A DNA stretch of 55,359 nucleotides, counting the filler, from Sphacelaria rigidula (lineage: Eukaryota): NCBI GenBank assembly GCA_964200075.2. It is 4 parts of 4 records of this genome, joined end to end, with 100 filler letters (N's around TTAATTAATTAA, not from the genome) between each part and the next. Parts side by side here need not be neighbours in the genome. Positions count along the whole stretch, not along the records: positions 1 to 13,770 come from CAXNAA020002680.1; 3 more parts are not named here. The stretch is one strand, 5' to 3'. The translations under genes and the position numbers were made by a program. The notes under the pieces were generated by a model. That model was not told the origin of the DNA and ran no database searches. It saw nothing but the letters and a program-made list of their open reading frames with translations. Numbering within the stretch: the stretch's first letter is position 1; the number at the start of each line of letters is the position of its first letter. This document shows positions 1 to 12,779 of the stretch, one piece after another.

Positions 1-3
1 TAT

Positions 4-122
4 GTTGTACGTTGTACGTTGTACGTTGTACGTTGTACGTTGTACGTTGTACGTTGTACGTTGTACGTTGTACGTTGTACGTTGTACGTTGTACGTTGTA
101 CGTTGTACGTTGTACGTTGTAC
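4..122. repeat. Heptamer tandem repeat (GTTGTAC)n, ~17 copies, at window/contig start
   Basis: Perfect GTTGTAC iterations read directly; they produce the spurious YVVRCTL ORF 19..213. Confidence 0.97.
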
Positions 123-605
123 TGTTCTGCGATGTTGGCAAGGCGTGATCTGTTTCAGTGTAGTTTGCAAGGGCAGGTCGAGTAGAGTATACTCAATTGC
201 GGGGGTATATTGAAGGACGCACTTGAGGTTCTCAAATTAGGGTAGAGCGTCAGGAGTCGTAACCAAAAAATAAATTGAAAGCGATCCCTAAAACCCCACC
301 CTCGATTTGTGTACTATAAGTGCGACTTTCGAAGTACCCCGCATTTGACTATACTCTACTCGACCTGCCCTCTGCAGTTTGTTCGCAGACTTGACCGCCT
401 GTAATGCGATACCGCCAACTCACGAAGGCAACTCCCGTTGCTATTATGGTCTGCTGTTGGTGTTGTCCCTGAACAACGATTGGCGTCTTCTGATAAACTT
501 TAATCTACGTCTCCCTGTCTCTCTGCCGTCACTCCCCCTCTCGTTCTCCGTCTTGTCCTCTTGCCCTCCCACCCCGTGTCTGATACGTTCCATCTGTATT
601 CGTAG

Positions 606-1047
606 CCTGAGTGCGTGGAATTTCTGACGTCAAATGGCGCCCGTTTGGACATCGGGGACGCATCTGAGGTCACCCCTCTCATGTTGGCCGCCGGGGGGGG
701 TCACGAAGCGTGTTTGATCGTCCTTCTCCACGCGGTACAAGACCCGAAGTACCTGGACCTGGCCGATGCCGAGGGCAAGAACGCTACCCACTATGCCTGC
801 ATCTCAGGGGAGGCCGGGGCACTAGCTCTTCTGGCCGCGGCGGGCGCCTGCCTCGACCTACCGTCCGGTCGGTCGGAGGCGGGCGACGCCATGCATCCGG
901 CGCATCTTGCGGTCGCGCACGGCTCTGTCGAGTGCCTGGAAGAGCTGGCAGCGTGGAACGCCGACTTGGAAGCGACGGATGGGGCGGGTGAGACTGTCTT
1001 GTCCCTCGCGGTTCAGTGCGGCAGCGAAGCCTGCGCCGAATTTTTGC

Positions 1048-1089
<42 letters not shown>

Positions 1090-1565
1090 TTGACCACTCG
1101 CAGGGTGATTCCTGGCCTCTTGTGGACCCTGATCGACTCGGTCGCGGACGAGAACCCCCGCTTCACGCGGCTGCTCGCCGTGGGAGGTTGTTATTGCTAT
1201 CGCTGCTGCTGAAAGCCGGTGCGAATCCGGCGGTGCGGGACAACGCAGGCGAGACTGCTGTCCACGCGGCGGCGAGATTCGGTCAGGTTGACGTCATCAC
1301 CGCATTGGGGTCACAAGCCGGCGACCAACGTGGCGATCCGCCCCGCGTCAACCGCGGCGGGTCGGATCAGGGAGAACCCCAATCGCTTGCGTCTTGGTGG
1401 GGACTCAAAACAGATACTGGGGAGACGGCAACTTTTCTCGCGGCTCGCGAGGGTCATATCGGGGTTCTTCGAGCTCTTGACGGGGTCGGAGCGTTAGATC
1501 CGATGACTCCGAATTACGACGGGGTCACGCCGATGATGGTAACGACGTTGGCCGGCCACGAGGAG
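606..1565 (+). CDS. Ankyrin gene exon A
   Basis: tag|CCTGAGTGC ... GAGGAG|gtgatt; TPLMLAAGGGH, PPLHAAARRG and TAVHAAARFGQ motifs. Confidence 0.88.
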
Positions 1566-4500
1566 GTGATTTCACGGTAGGAGGTGCTGTGAGTTTGAAT
1601 AGCGTTGTGCGGAATCCACGCTGTGCTTCCAGCGTGCGTCGAAATCATGGGGGAACTAAGTGTGACACACTCTGCTTACCCGGTTGCATCCAAAAACAGC
1701 GTTTCGTGCGTCAGCCACAGCAAATTTGCGACCATTTTTGCGCGTACGGATGGAAAGTTGGAAACGTGTTTTTGTGGACAATTCCTCACGAGAGCGTTTC
1801 CGGTTGCCGCTTTGCGTTTTCCCTACTACATTGCATTCGTCCGTCTTTTCCGTCTCTGGCCCCTTCCAACCTGGATAAACAATCGTACAACACCCCGAAC
1901 CGACCAGATCGTGCGTATGCTTATCACTACGGGCGCCGACATCAACGAAGCTGATGACCGCGGACGCACGCCGGCGATGGCCGCCGCCCTGCGCGGCGAT
2001 CGCCCTCTCCTGGAGTGCCTCTCGGAGCACGGCGCCCGCCTTTCCTCCGTCAACTCGGACGGTCGCAGTGCGGCCTTCTTCGCCGCTATGAACGGCCACG
2101 CCGACTGCCTGGCATTCGCCGTGGATGACAGCCACGGGCCAGAAGCTGTAGCGATGCTAGACTCTCCAGACAGCATTGGTTGCACGCCTCTATGGACCGC
2201 TGCCGCGCATGGTCACCTCGACACTGTGCGCTACCTCACGCGCCGGGGTGCGTCGCCCAACGCTAGCGACGTCACGGGCACAAGCGCCGCGTGGATGACC
2301 GCCGGAAGTGGAAATGCTCCGTGCCTCCGTGCCCTCTTGGAAGCCGGAGCAGACGGGAATAACGCTAACGAGGACGGGTTGACGCCTGCGCTGATCGCCG
2401 CGCAGGGTGGACATTCCAACTGTTTGCGGATATTGGCGGACGCTGGGGCAGATCTGGGTCTACGGGATTTGGCGGGGAACTCTGCGGCGGCGTTTGCCGC
2501 CATGGGGGGTCACCTCCCCTGCCTGGAGGTGTGTGGGTGTGGGTCGTGGGTTCTTCCTCTGTATACTTTACACTTGGTGTGTTGGCGAAATTTAGAAGCT
2601 GGTCATCGGAAGCCCACATTCGGGATAACATGGTTTCATTGTATCACCTAGTTACATCCTGCGGTATGTTGTATCTGTTGCGTTACGTGTTTTTCGAGTG
2701 ACGGAGTCTAGATGGGTTTCTCAACCTGTAGGTGCTACTGCTATTCCTTTCGTCTGTTTGCTCTAGTGCGATTTGGCAGCTCTTTTTTCCCTTTTGTTAC
2801 TACGCCCGGCCACTCGTGCCCATATACCCTCGTTCTTGCCGAATTTGCGAGGCTTACAGCGGAATATTTTCAGAATCCACCGTCAGCGACAGCTGGTGGC
2901 AGCTAAAGCAGCAAACCCAATGGAACATGCCCCCTCTCCCTCCCCAGCCCTAACCAGTATTTTCCGACCGACTTCGCTTCATAGGTACTTACTGCCGCGC
3001 GCACTGATCAAGACGTGCCGAACAGTGATGGCCATACCCCAGTGTTCGCAGCGATAACCTGCGGCCGTTTGGACTGCCTTCGGTACCTATCATTGCAAGG
3101 CGCGGACCTCCGCCGTCGCGACATGTCGGCGGGGAACACTCCGGCGATGGTAGCCGCGAGCCACGGCCAAACTGCGTGTCTAGACTTCATCATAAGCACG
3201 GCCGGCTCGGGCGCCCTGCTCGACACGAACGATGACGGCCTATCAAGCGCGTGCTTCGCCATATTATGTGGTCGCGAAGACACCTTGAAGCACATCGCCA
3301 GCGTCTACCCGTCCTGCTTAGCGCTTAACGAGCCCAAAACAGTGTCCCCAGTTCACTGTGCCGCCGCCGAAGGCCGCATGTCATGTCTGCGCATCCTAGC
3401 TGATGCTTCTGTCGTGATGGCAGGACAGCCATCACCCCGCCCGGAAGGCGTGGGCGCGGGATATCCATCCGAAGGCTCGATTAATCCGCGGGGCGCCGAC
3501 ATCGGCGGAGGCGGGGGCGGGGGCGGCGACTTGAGGGCCTTAAAATCGTCGGCAGGCGGCGCCGCTGGGGCCGTTGCGGTGGTGGCGGGGTGGTGGAAGA
3601 CAGGTGCAATGAAGTCCGGCAACAGCGAACATCGTCGGAACCGATATCCATTCAGGGGGTGTATCGACGACAACGGGGACACGCCTCTGCACGCGGCCGC
3701 GAGGGCAGGGCACGTGGAGGCGTTCGAGTTCCTTTTGTCTGAGGGAGGACTGGATCCTAACGTGCGGAATGTTCACGGAGAAACGTGCTTGTGGCTTGCG
3801 GCGGCGCACAATCGAGTGAGTTGTGTTTCATGTTCGGGTAGATGTAGTTTCAAGGGTGCCTTTTTTGCGGTGCCTGTAGGTGGAGATAAGAAACGTTATC
3901 TTTTGTCTCTGAGAGCGGATGGAATCCGTTTAAACTGGCGGTGACAGTAGATACTTGTATTAAAGCAGCTATGCAGGCTAGAACTCGTTCGCAGTGTTGA
4001 ATATGTTTTTTCGCGTACCGTGTAGCTCCAAAGGCAAATTTAACCTACTTGAATTATTTAGAGTTTTAATTCCTTCGAGACCGCAACACATGATTGCACT
4101 CCCTGCGTGCTCATTTTTGGTGATTGTCACCACGGAATGTAACCCATGTATCCACGCCTCGCTCCTCAAACCCAAGCCAAACGACAAATCAGCGGAACAA
4201 TCTCAACTCTCGAACCACAATGGCCCCTTCTCATCACTCCCAGTCCTCCAGTCCTACACACACACCACTTCGTTTCACAACCCTTCATCCTATCCATTAT
4301 CCCCGCCCTCGCTCCCCTCTCCTCTGCGACGTGCACGCACCAAAAAAAGGTAAGCATCCTTAGCATCATGGTGAGCATGCGCCTGGACATCAATACTCCT
4401 GACGCCCGCGGTCGCTCTCCTGCGCACGTGGCTGCTGTCAACAACAACATCGGCGCTCTTCTCGAACTCGCGGAACCCAGCTTCCAAGCCCCCCCTCCAA

Positions 4501-7500
4501 CTGCTGCCCTATCGCACAGTGTTTCCAGCGGTAACGGCGGCGGCAGTGGGAATACCACGCGCGCCTTGGACGTGGACGCTCGGGATGAGGACGGCGCGAC
4601 CGCGTTGCATCTGGCGGCGGCTGCGGGGCATGTGGAGGCCGTCGACCTCTTGTGCAGCGCAGGAGCGGACATCAATGCTTGTGATGGGACTGGGCAAACG
4701 TGCGTTTGGCGAGCTGTGGTGGACGGAAAGGTGTGTGCAGAAGTTTTACTATAATTATTGATTGGGTAGCACAAAATTTGGTCGCAGGTCGTCAAACTGT
4801 TCTTACGCAAAATGGCACTGGATATGTATATCAGGCGAGTGAAAGGGGGGTGTAAAACACTCCATAGGGTAGTGACGCGGTGCAAGGTGAAGAATACAGG
4901 TGGACAGAAATGGGTGGTCGCTTCCTGACAAGTCAAGGTAGTATTGTTCAGGTCAGGGATACGGAAGTGTGCAGAAGAGTATTCATTGAAGTCCTTGGCT
5001 TCCATCGTCATCGGTACATTGCATTTTTCGCCATGGCATGCTCTGTGATGAGTTTGTTGTCGTGAGCGAGCGGTGTCTGAAGGGATGATTAGGGAGGGAG
5101 GAAAAAGCGTGTATACGGTAGGAAAACACCCAAAACGCATCTCAGAGGAAATGAAATGTCCTTGCTACGCACACCGAAGTGTTGACAGCTTTCAATATCG
5201 TCGAATCATGGACCCGGTATACTCTCGAACTATTGGTCCAAATGTATGTCGTTTCCCCTCCCGCACGACTGCGTGCTTGCGCGCCCCCGTGCTCGCGCCG
5301 TTTGTTTCGCGGCCGATATTTACCCACACCTCGTCAGCCCGATATCCTGAACTGCTTGGCCGTCCGAGGAGCGAACTTGAACTTGCAGACACAAACTGGC
5401 GCGACCCTTGCCCACATTGCGGCACGCGATGGCGCGTCAGGGTGCCTCAAGGTCTTGTGCGAGCACGAGGGCGTCCGAGTCGACGTGGTCAACCAAGCCG
5501 GTAATACCCCGGTCATGTTCGCCGCTATGACCAACGATCTTGAGGTACGAAAGCGCTCTCGCAACGAGTAATTAGTGTGGTGGTCGATTTTGCACTTACT
5601 TTTCCTGAAGATTCGAAGATCTGAGAGCACCTGTTTTGCTCTGAAAAGATGATCAACAAGTGTAGCCTCGTGCTCGACGAGCAATGCAAAACTAGTGCGC
5701 TTTCGACCTCATCGTTTTGCGTGTAGGCATTGGCGGGCGGCGTGTGTACAGTACACATCTAGTCAGCTGTCTCACCACCATTTTGGTTTACCTGTTGGTT
5801 TGACACGCCCTTGGAAAAGACAGGCCTCTTCTGCTAAAAGCATTCGAGTTACTCCCTTGCTGTTTTTTTCACGCTCGATTCCTGTCTTGTTTATTCACGC
5901 CACTAACACCAACACTGGAAACAAAACGCAATTTACAGGGCGTACGGCTCCTTGCAGAACGAGGCTGCGATCTCAGCCGCAGGGACATTCAATCTGTTAC
6001 ACCGGCGTTTTTTGCCGCCCAAGAAGGACACGCCGAGTGTTTGTCAGCGCTTCTATCCCTGGGTGCTGCTGGCGGCGTGGCTCGTGCGGACGGCGCCACG
6101 CCTCTGATCATATCCGCACAGAACGGCCACGACTCATGTGTCGCGATCCTGCTAGATCCGCCCCCGGTATTCGCTGCGGCCGCCAACCGCAGCAAAGGCG
6201 CGGATGGAAGCCTTGCGCAGGTAAGCTACAGACGTAACACCTCCGCCTCCTCTTCCAGTTCCGCGGGGACGTCGAACCAGCATCCACCGCCGCGGGCGGG
6301 ATTAGAGAATCGCACGTCAAGTGGTTACACCGCTCTCTGTATGGCGGTGATTGCTGGCCAACGTGGCTGCGCTGAGCTGTTGCTCTCGGCGGGCGCCCAC
6401 GTAGACGCAGTAGACGGAAAGGGACGGTCGCCCCTGTACCTGGCGGCTGCGGCGGGAGACACGAAGATGTGCGGCGTGCTCATCGATCACGGAGCTAATG
6501 CTAGGCAGAAAAGCCCAGACGGGGTCGAGCCGACCATCGCCGCCGTCATGCGCGGACACCTTGCGACGGCTGAGAAAATCGTAAAGGCCGCGCACATTGA
6601 TCCTGTACTAGTCGTGGACAGTGCTGGCATTCCGTTGTCGCGATATCTCGCTGACCTAAACAAACGCCGCGGTGGCAGCGGCGGCGCGGCTGCGGCGGCA
6701 GCCGCAACCGGCACCGCTGCAGGTACGTCCATGGGCACAATCGACCGATCACAAGGCGTCGTTGGACGCCCTCACAGGCGTCATGGGCGCGATAATAGTG
6801 GCGGTAGCGGAGGTGGAAAACGTGTCGCTGCTCTGTTGCCGGCGAGCGTCGCCAGGTTGCGTGCAAGCGGACGACCGATCGCTTCCCCTCCGGCTCTTCG
6901 TGGGATAGACGACGACATGGCTGAAAAGAGCGGGGAGATGGATACTGGCGGCGGTGACGGTAGCGACCAGTACGGTTTGCCGCCGGCAGTGCCTTCTGCC
7001 AGACGCAGCTCCGACAACAGGGGTGCCATGCCTTCGTCGCGTTCCAAGGAACGTAGCTTTGCGTTGCCTTCGCCCACAAGCCCACCGGTTCCGGTGGACT
7101 ACACGGAGCTGACCGGGATGGTAGGGGCAAAGGTGGGGCGAAAAGCTTCCACACCTGTGCTGCACAGAACCTGGTCCGGCGTACATGGCGGCGAGGGGAG
7201 TGCCCCAGCCGGTGTTGAAACTCCCAGCAGAAGGGCCCCGGTCACCCAAAGGTCTGGAGAGCGTGGGGTGCCCATCGAAGGTTGGGCCGGGGAGGGGAGA
7301 TACGGTGCGGAGAAGCAGAGTGAGCATACAGGGGCAGGGGGAGGAAAGGGAGGGCAACAAGTCAAGCGGCGGCAGAGGCAGCAACAGCAGCAGCCCATGA
7401 CCCTGCTGGATCGAATGGCGGCGTTTCTCTTCGACGCAGTGGATGTCAAGCGTCCCGGTAGCCTGCCGGCGTCGAGCGAGAAGAAGGAAAGTGGGCAGCG

Positions 7501-7645
7501 GCAGCATCAGCAGCGGGATCGAAAACCACACCCTGACAGATCGTCGTTGTGGAGGGGACTGCAAGCGAAGGAGGAGGAGCAGAAACAACAGAAAGTGCGG
7601 AGCCCGCTTGAGGGCAAGAAGCCGAAAGAGGTGGTGGCTATGTGA
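606..7645 (+). CDS. Large multi-exon ankyrin-repeat protein, 5'-partial (~1570 aa visible, roughly 25-30 ANK repeats plus a low-complexity Gly/Ser/Gln-rich C-terminus)
   Basis: Exons 606-1565, 1908-2528, 2985-3815, 4350-4730, 5338-5544 and 5939-7645 join in frame at AG/GT boundaries (all phase 0; 4707 nt including TGA). Repeated G.TPLH.AA..GH...V..LL..GAD motifs. The first exon starts at an acceptor (cgtag|CCT), so the true start is outside this contig. Confidence 0.9.
1908..2528 (+). CDS. Ankyrin gene exon B
   Basis: accag|ATCGTG ... CTGGAG|gtgtgt; GADINEADDRGRTPA, GCTPLWTAAAHGH. Confidence 0.9.
2985..3815 (+). CDS. Ankyrin gene exon C
   Basis: catag|GTACTT ... AATCGA|gtgagt; GHTPVFAA, GDTPLHAAARAGH. 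Confidence 0.88.
4350..4730 (+). CDS. Ankyrin gene exon D
   Basis: aaag|GTAAGC (weak A-rich acceptor, chosen for frame) ... GGAAAG|gtgtgt; DEDGATALHLAAAAGH. Confidence 0.8.
5338..5544 (+). CDS. Ankyrin gene exon E
   Basis: gtcag|CCCGAT ... CTTGAG|gtacga; GATLAHIAARDG, GNTPVMFAA. Confidence 0.85.
5939..7645 (+). CDS. Ankyrin gene terminal exon F
   Basis: Branch-like cactaac at ~5901, ttacag|GGCGTA; ANK repeats followed by a disordered tail; TGA at 7643-7645. Confidence 0.88.
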   Translation, partial: GVRLLAERGCDLSRRDIQSVTPAFFAAQEGHAECLSALLSLGAAGGVARADGATPLIISAQNGHDSCVAILLDPPPVFAAAANRSKGADGSLAQVSYRRNTSASSSSSAGTSNQHPPPRAGLENRTSSGYTALCMAVIAGQRGCAELLLSAGAHVDAVDGKGRSPLYLAAAAGDTKMCGVLIDHGANARQKSPDGVEPTIAAVMRGHLATAEKIVKAAHIDPVLVVDSAGIPLSRYLADLNKRRGGSGGAAAAAAATGTAAGTSMGTIDRSQGVVGRPHRRHGRDNSGGSGGGKRVAALLPASVARLRASGRPIASPPALRGIDDDMAEKSGEMDTGGGDGSDQYGLPPAVPSARRSSDNRGAMPSSRSKERSFALPSPTSPPVPVDYTELTGMVGAKVGRKASTPVLHRTWSGVHGGEGSAPAGVETPSRRAPVTQRSGERGVPIEGWAGEGRYGAEKQSEHTGAGGGKGGQQVKRRQRQQQQQPMTLLDRMAAFLFDAVDVKRPGSLPASSEKKESGQRQHQQRDRKPHPDRSSLWRGLQAKEEEQKQQKVRSPLEGKKPKEVVAM

Positions 7646-10600
7646 TTCGTCTCGCGGTCGATTCGTGTACGACCAGAGTCGATCAAGAATGTATCCACCC
7701 TCTTTATACCCCTGTGGTGTCGCGTGAAACCCAATGGGCTAAGGACGGGGGTGCCGCTGGCCCGGGTCGGCATACGTTTAGCCACTGGAGGGCTAGTCGG
7801 TTGGTGTGCGCTGTACGTATGTGACGGTAGACAGTTAGGTGCATACCGGTAGCGCGAGTGGCGCGGTGAACATCGATGTGATACACACATAGTTTTGTGC
7901 TTGGAAATTCCTCAAGAAAGAAGGTGTTGATGAACATAAAAAACGGCGCGAGGGCCAAGATATCACGGCGTCGCAGTTGGCGATGGGACAAGAAGGGGGA
8001 GGGGGCTCATGGGGGAAGGCCGCGGGTCTCGGTCGCAATAATATTAGCGTAGCCAATACTTTGTTTTTGTCATGTATCTGATGGTGTCGTCGTGAGTTGT
8101 TTTACTACTCCTAAGGGTAGTTCTTTTTTAACGTGTTAGAGGATGTGGTGAGGGAACAAACGGGATTGGTTGGGGATGGGCGTTGGCTATCAATTCACCC
8201 GGCCGCCGTTTTGTGTGTGTGCGTGTGTGTGTGCGTGTGTGTTGACATCTCTGAGTCCGTGACGTACCTGCGGACAGACGGGCAGCACCCTGAAGGATGC
8301 TGCCCTTCTCGATCGTCGTGGTTGCGTTAAACAAATGAGTTTTTAGAACGTGGGATGGGGGAGGAAGGGTAAGAGGAGAACGGACAGGAAGGGACGGGGC
8401 GGAACCAGTTTCGCTCTTGTCCCTTATCCTGCAATGGCGAAGAGGAGGTTGCCGAGAACTGCAGACTTTGCTTGGAACGGAAGGGGGATGGGACTTGAAA
8501 CTCGCTGGAGCAGGGGATAGTGGCCATTGTACCGACCTGTGTATGTTGAGGAAGTAAAACGGGCAAAAGCCATATTGGGTAGCAAGGCATCTGGTGGGGT
8601 GTTGTGTACATGAGAGGGAAAAAGCTCAGAAGCCTTTGGTTGAGGGCTGCAGTGTTTTATTGTTCTTGTTTTTGCATTTTTTCACATTATTTAGTCAAGT
8701 GCGTCCTTTCTTCCGGGCACATCTAGACAGTTGGCTAAACGGTACATAAAAAAGGACACGACAAGTCTTCGCTGCCAAAAAATAGCCTCCATAGAAAGAA
8801 CAGGCAGGCGCGTGTAGTCCCCTCGCCTGTCGTATATGCATGCATGTGCAGGTGTGGTGAGCGAGGGGGTTCGAGGTTTTTCATCACGCAGGCGTACTCG
8901 TTTCATCCTTAATTGGAACGCGGGGGCGATAGGAGGGTAATCCGGTGGGGGGCAGTCATGGATTCGCACGAAGAGGACAAAGGGAGAGGTTGTTGAAAAT
9001 TTCGTCCGTTCGGTTCGTTTTTGAAGATGAGAAAAAAAGAGGGGCGTTTTGTGTTTTCTGATCATGTGGTGGAGAACTGTGTCGTTGATCCGTCTGTGAG
9101 TTATCCATCTTTTAGTTTCGCGGTGTATAGGCCCTGCACGAACAACATTCAGTTGTTTTTCGCGGTGGCAAATTTTCCTCATGCCGCTGTATGACCGGTT
9201 ATTGTGCTGTGCGCGTGGTGGTGGGGGGGTTGAATAAGCTTTCTTGTGAGCAGCGGGCCAGTTGTATCGGAGCAAACTGGAACAGCTATCTAGCTATCTG
9301 GTGTCATGCGATAGCACACTCAAAAATTGAAGAAAAAAAAAGGGAGGGGGGGGGGGGGGGGGAAGGGGGAAGCCACGAAGAACAAGGCAACATGTAGTCT
9401 GCTGTCTTCTCTAAGTAGTACATACATCTCAGCAATGATAGTTGTGTGACTCGTACAACAGCATGTGCCGCTTGTCTGTCTAGTAAGGTCTTTCTATCCT
9501 TGTGCCGGCGTGAATGTGTACGCGTGTGTTTTTTAAGAGACGATTTGTTAACTGTATTTTTATTTGCAGGTATGCGCCCAGGGATGAGAATCGCCTTGGC
9601 AGCATAGGTGGGTACCTTTACGAGTAGTCAGAAGACAGGGGCTACCTGCAAGAGCTGGGAGCAACTGTTCTCCCTGTGGAGTCATTTTTTCCACTTTTTT
9701 TCGAGATTTGGTTTATTTTCTTCGCGTTGTGCTTGAAGTAGCCTCCAGTATTTGACTATCCGTGAAATCAAATGTTCAATCCTGAACGGAAGGTGAGATA
9801 CGATCACTTCTATGGGATTGTGGATCCGCCCGGAAGTACAAGGGGTGCATCCTACCACTACGCGAAGACTGGACGCATGCAAGTATGTACATATACATCC
9901 ATACACGGAGCGGGCGGGGGGGAAGGGGTGTTGCTATTCAGAGGGAAATGTTGGGACGCGCAAGCTGATGTGTGCGCAGTTGGACGGTCGGGGGAGGGGA
10001 GCGGAGGAGCTGGAGGGGAGGGTGGGGGAATCGTGGCGGGGGTCGCGGTACCCGACCTCCTGTGAGGAGAGTGATGCACGTCTACACATACGTGTGTAAA
10101 GTACGGAGAAGCCAGATTAACTGTACCAGCCTAGGTGGGAGGTCGGTTGAATAGGCCGTGTTTTTGGGGATCGCTTGATTTTCGGTTTTGACCTTGAGAC
10201 AAGAGAGATAGCCGCGTAGGGGGCAGGGGAACATTTAGCGCATTTTTGCGACTGAGGGGAATCGGGACGGGGGAGGGGAGGAAGGGGGAAGTGTTTTGTT
10301 CTCCGCGATGAAATAATATCGTTGAGACGACAGGGGTTGTTTCTGGAAATACTGCTGCTTTTGTGAAGCTTGGCCTGCTGTTTTGTGCCTGCTATACTGT
10401 GCCATCATCGTGCAAGGGTGCATCACTCGATATGGCGGATGGTTTTCCGTTTCTTCGTTGCTGTGGTGTGCATCACTGTACCGCTGATTCGGCAACAGTT
10501 TTGGGGGATGTTCTCGTTCTTGTGATCATTCGTTGGTGTCGTTATTGTTGTTGCTGCTGCTGTTGTTGTAGTTGTACGTGTTTTGAGCGCACGAAATACC

Positions 10601-11927
10601 TCTTTTTTACTCGGTCGCATGTTGCCACTCTCTCCATTCTGCTCTTCTTTTTATGCACCTCAAGTATTCATATACTTCAATTACTGTGCGCTTCAGTTGG
10701 TTTCTGGAAGACAAACGAAGCAGTGGGTGCGGTAGTCGAGTGGGTGGGATAGCCGAAGGATGCATTTTCGGTGGTTCGTTTGTGTAGTACGTCTATTTTT
10801 GTACAACTGGGTGTTCACGTTCTTTATCGATCACCTCAAGAGTAGTGGTGATCTGCAACGCAAGCAAATATAACGACATACATCATGGTCAAATGTCGTG
10901 GCTGGTGAATCGATTGATCACCGTCGTTTTCGAGGAGGTATTTTTTGGCGAGACGTATATATATACATCTATAATGACACACGTCTTGGCCTCGACCGTA
11001 CGGAATAATAATAATATGTCCGAATTGTTGATGACGTTTCGCGCACGTGTTCGCGGAGGCTCTTCCGTGGCCTACTGACACGTCATTTTCCACCTTCAAC
11101 CAATCAAACTTGGAGAGGTGTGTATGATGTATCTATCAGAAACGTTGAAAACATTTTTGACGTTTCACAACTGCTGCATGCGCGGGCGTGCAGTCTCTAC
11201 TTGGTTTTTCATCATCGTTTCTCAGCAACTGCGGTTCATCCTACTGATTGAATTGTCCGGGATGTGACATTGAGAGCTTGAGAACAATGATTTGGTGGAA
11301 GTCGGCCGTCTCCGGAAGTGCTCTCTTTCAAGGCCTGCTAGAAATGATCAGAGCGACTACTTGGGGAAGGGGTGGATTCATCTCTTGAGAACATGGACTC
11401 GCTTGGAGTGTGGGATTGTGGGCTTCCTGGAGTTTCATTATTACTTGTCTCTTACGCATAAAGGGGGTATAATTCCCCACGACAAACAGCATGCTAGCTG
11501 CCTGGTCCACACGTGAGGAGCACACTCCCTACGGCTGTTGTAGCTACACATATGTGCTGCGCACTGCGAACTTTAGGTTGTACAAATAGAGTGCAGACAC
11601 AGCAGCCGTGGTAGCCAGTGCTCGTCAGAAATTTTATCACGATAAATACCACAAGAAAAAAGCTCATAGAGGGAAAATCTAGGCATGTTGGATCGAAGTC
11701 CTTGTCATCAGTGCTGTATGGGCACTTGTGACTAAAGAAAAGAAAAATAAGCATGTATGTTGCCAGTGCGAGCTATGCAGCACTTTCCGCGGTCGTGAGC
11801 GCACTCCCGAGACCAAATAAATGCTCATTTTTGGCTGCGGTGATTGTTTGACGTTTCGGACAAAATCGTGATTCGTCTCATATTCAACATTTGTACACAT
11901 CAACCATACGATTCGTACGCAGTTTGT

Positions 11928-12400
11928 GATAGAGGAGCTTCCGAGCAGCGTAATCGGCAGTAAGTCAAACAAGCCCGGACAATTACTTCATTGCTGTACC
12001 GACTCCCTATACAGGGGCAATTCGATGCTCGTAGATTGTACAAGCCTTGTAAGGGAGAAGAAATCCGGTTTTTGAATCTTATTCCATATAATCACAACGG
12101 CTCTCAAGCGCTGCGGGAAGGCGCCTTTCCCGGCTGCCGCAATGTCAAAAAACGACGGTGACACAGGTTTTGCAAGCTCCAAGCTCTATGGAACATTGCC
12201 GGGCACAGAGGGTTTCAACTTTCGAGAACCGTTTTGATTCTACGGAATGATAATGAAAAAATCGAAATCCTTTCCCATTACAAGGCTTATACAATCTACG
12301 AGCATCAAATTGCCACTGTACAGGCAGTCGGCACAGCATCGGAATAATTGTCCGGGCTTTTTTGGCCTACTCCCGACTACGCTGCTTGAAAGCTATTCTC
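11928..12400. mobile_element. Foldback/MITE-like element with ~150 bp imperfect terminal inverted repeats
   Basis: 11943-12089 (agcagcgtaatcgg...gatgctcgtagattgtacaagccttgtaaggga) is the reverse complement of 12247-12388 (tcccattacaaggcttatacaatctacgagcatc...gactacgctgct). Opposite-strand ORFs share TRL.QSTSI.LPLYR. Confidence 0.75.
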
Positions 12401-12779
12401 AGGCAAGACCTTTCTCGTCAGCGCTTGGCGGCGTGGGTCACAAGTGCAACGACAAGTGATGAACCATATAACATTCTTATTACCGGTAAACCATACCTCG
12501 CCTCTGCTAGGGATGCCCTCACATGGAATTTTTGCAATTGCTACAGACGCACACACTCTGTTGAGCACGCAACCGGTTGTGCGCCAGAAAAAACAGATTG
12601 CAGCATGGCAGTCCCCATATATATGGGTCACACCAGCAAAAGTTAGGTCCCCAAATGCATCTTTATTCACTCCGCATGCCAAGAAGGTTTCCACGAGTGT
12701 TGGATCTCTAATACGTGCCCCCATTTGGCGTGTCGCAGACTGTTGTCCTTGTTGTGCACTGGTGCAGAGGTCGGTTTAA

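Noticed and set aside
4..122. Telomere repeat or coding ORF 19..213
   Set aside because: GTTGTAC is not the TTAGGG-type repeat expected, and the ORF is just the translated heptamer.
4166..7588. Long antisense ORFs (4166..5140, 6546..7154, 6749..7588; likewise 35785..36498)
   Set aside because: Shadows of GC-rich sense exons; no independent domain signal.
11750..11930. Cys-rich CQCELC...GCGDC fragment as a piggyBac C-terminal domain
   Set aside because: Too short, interrupted by stops, and no adjacent DDD transposase sequence was recognised.
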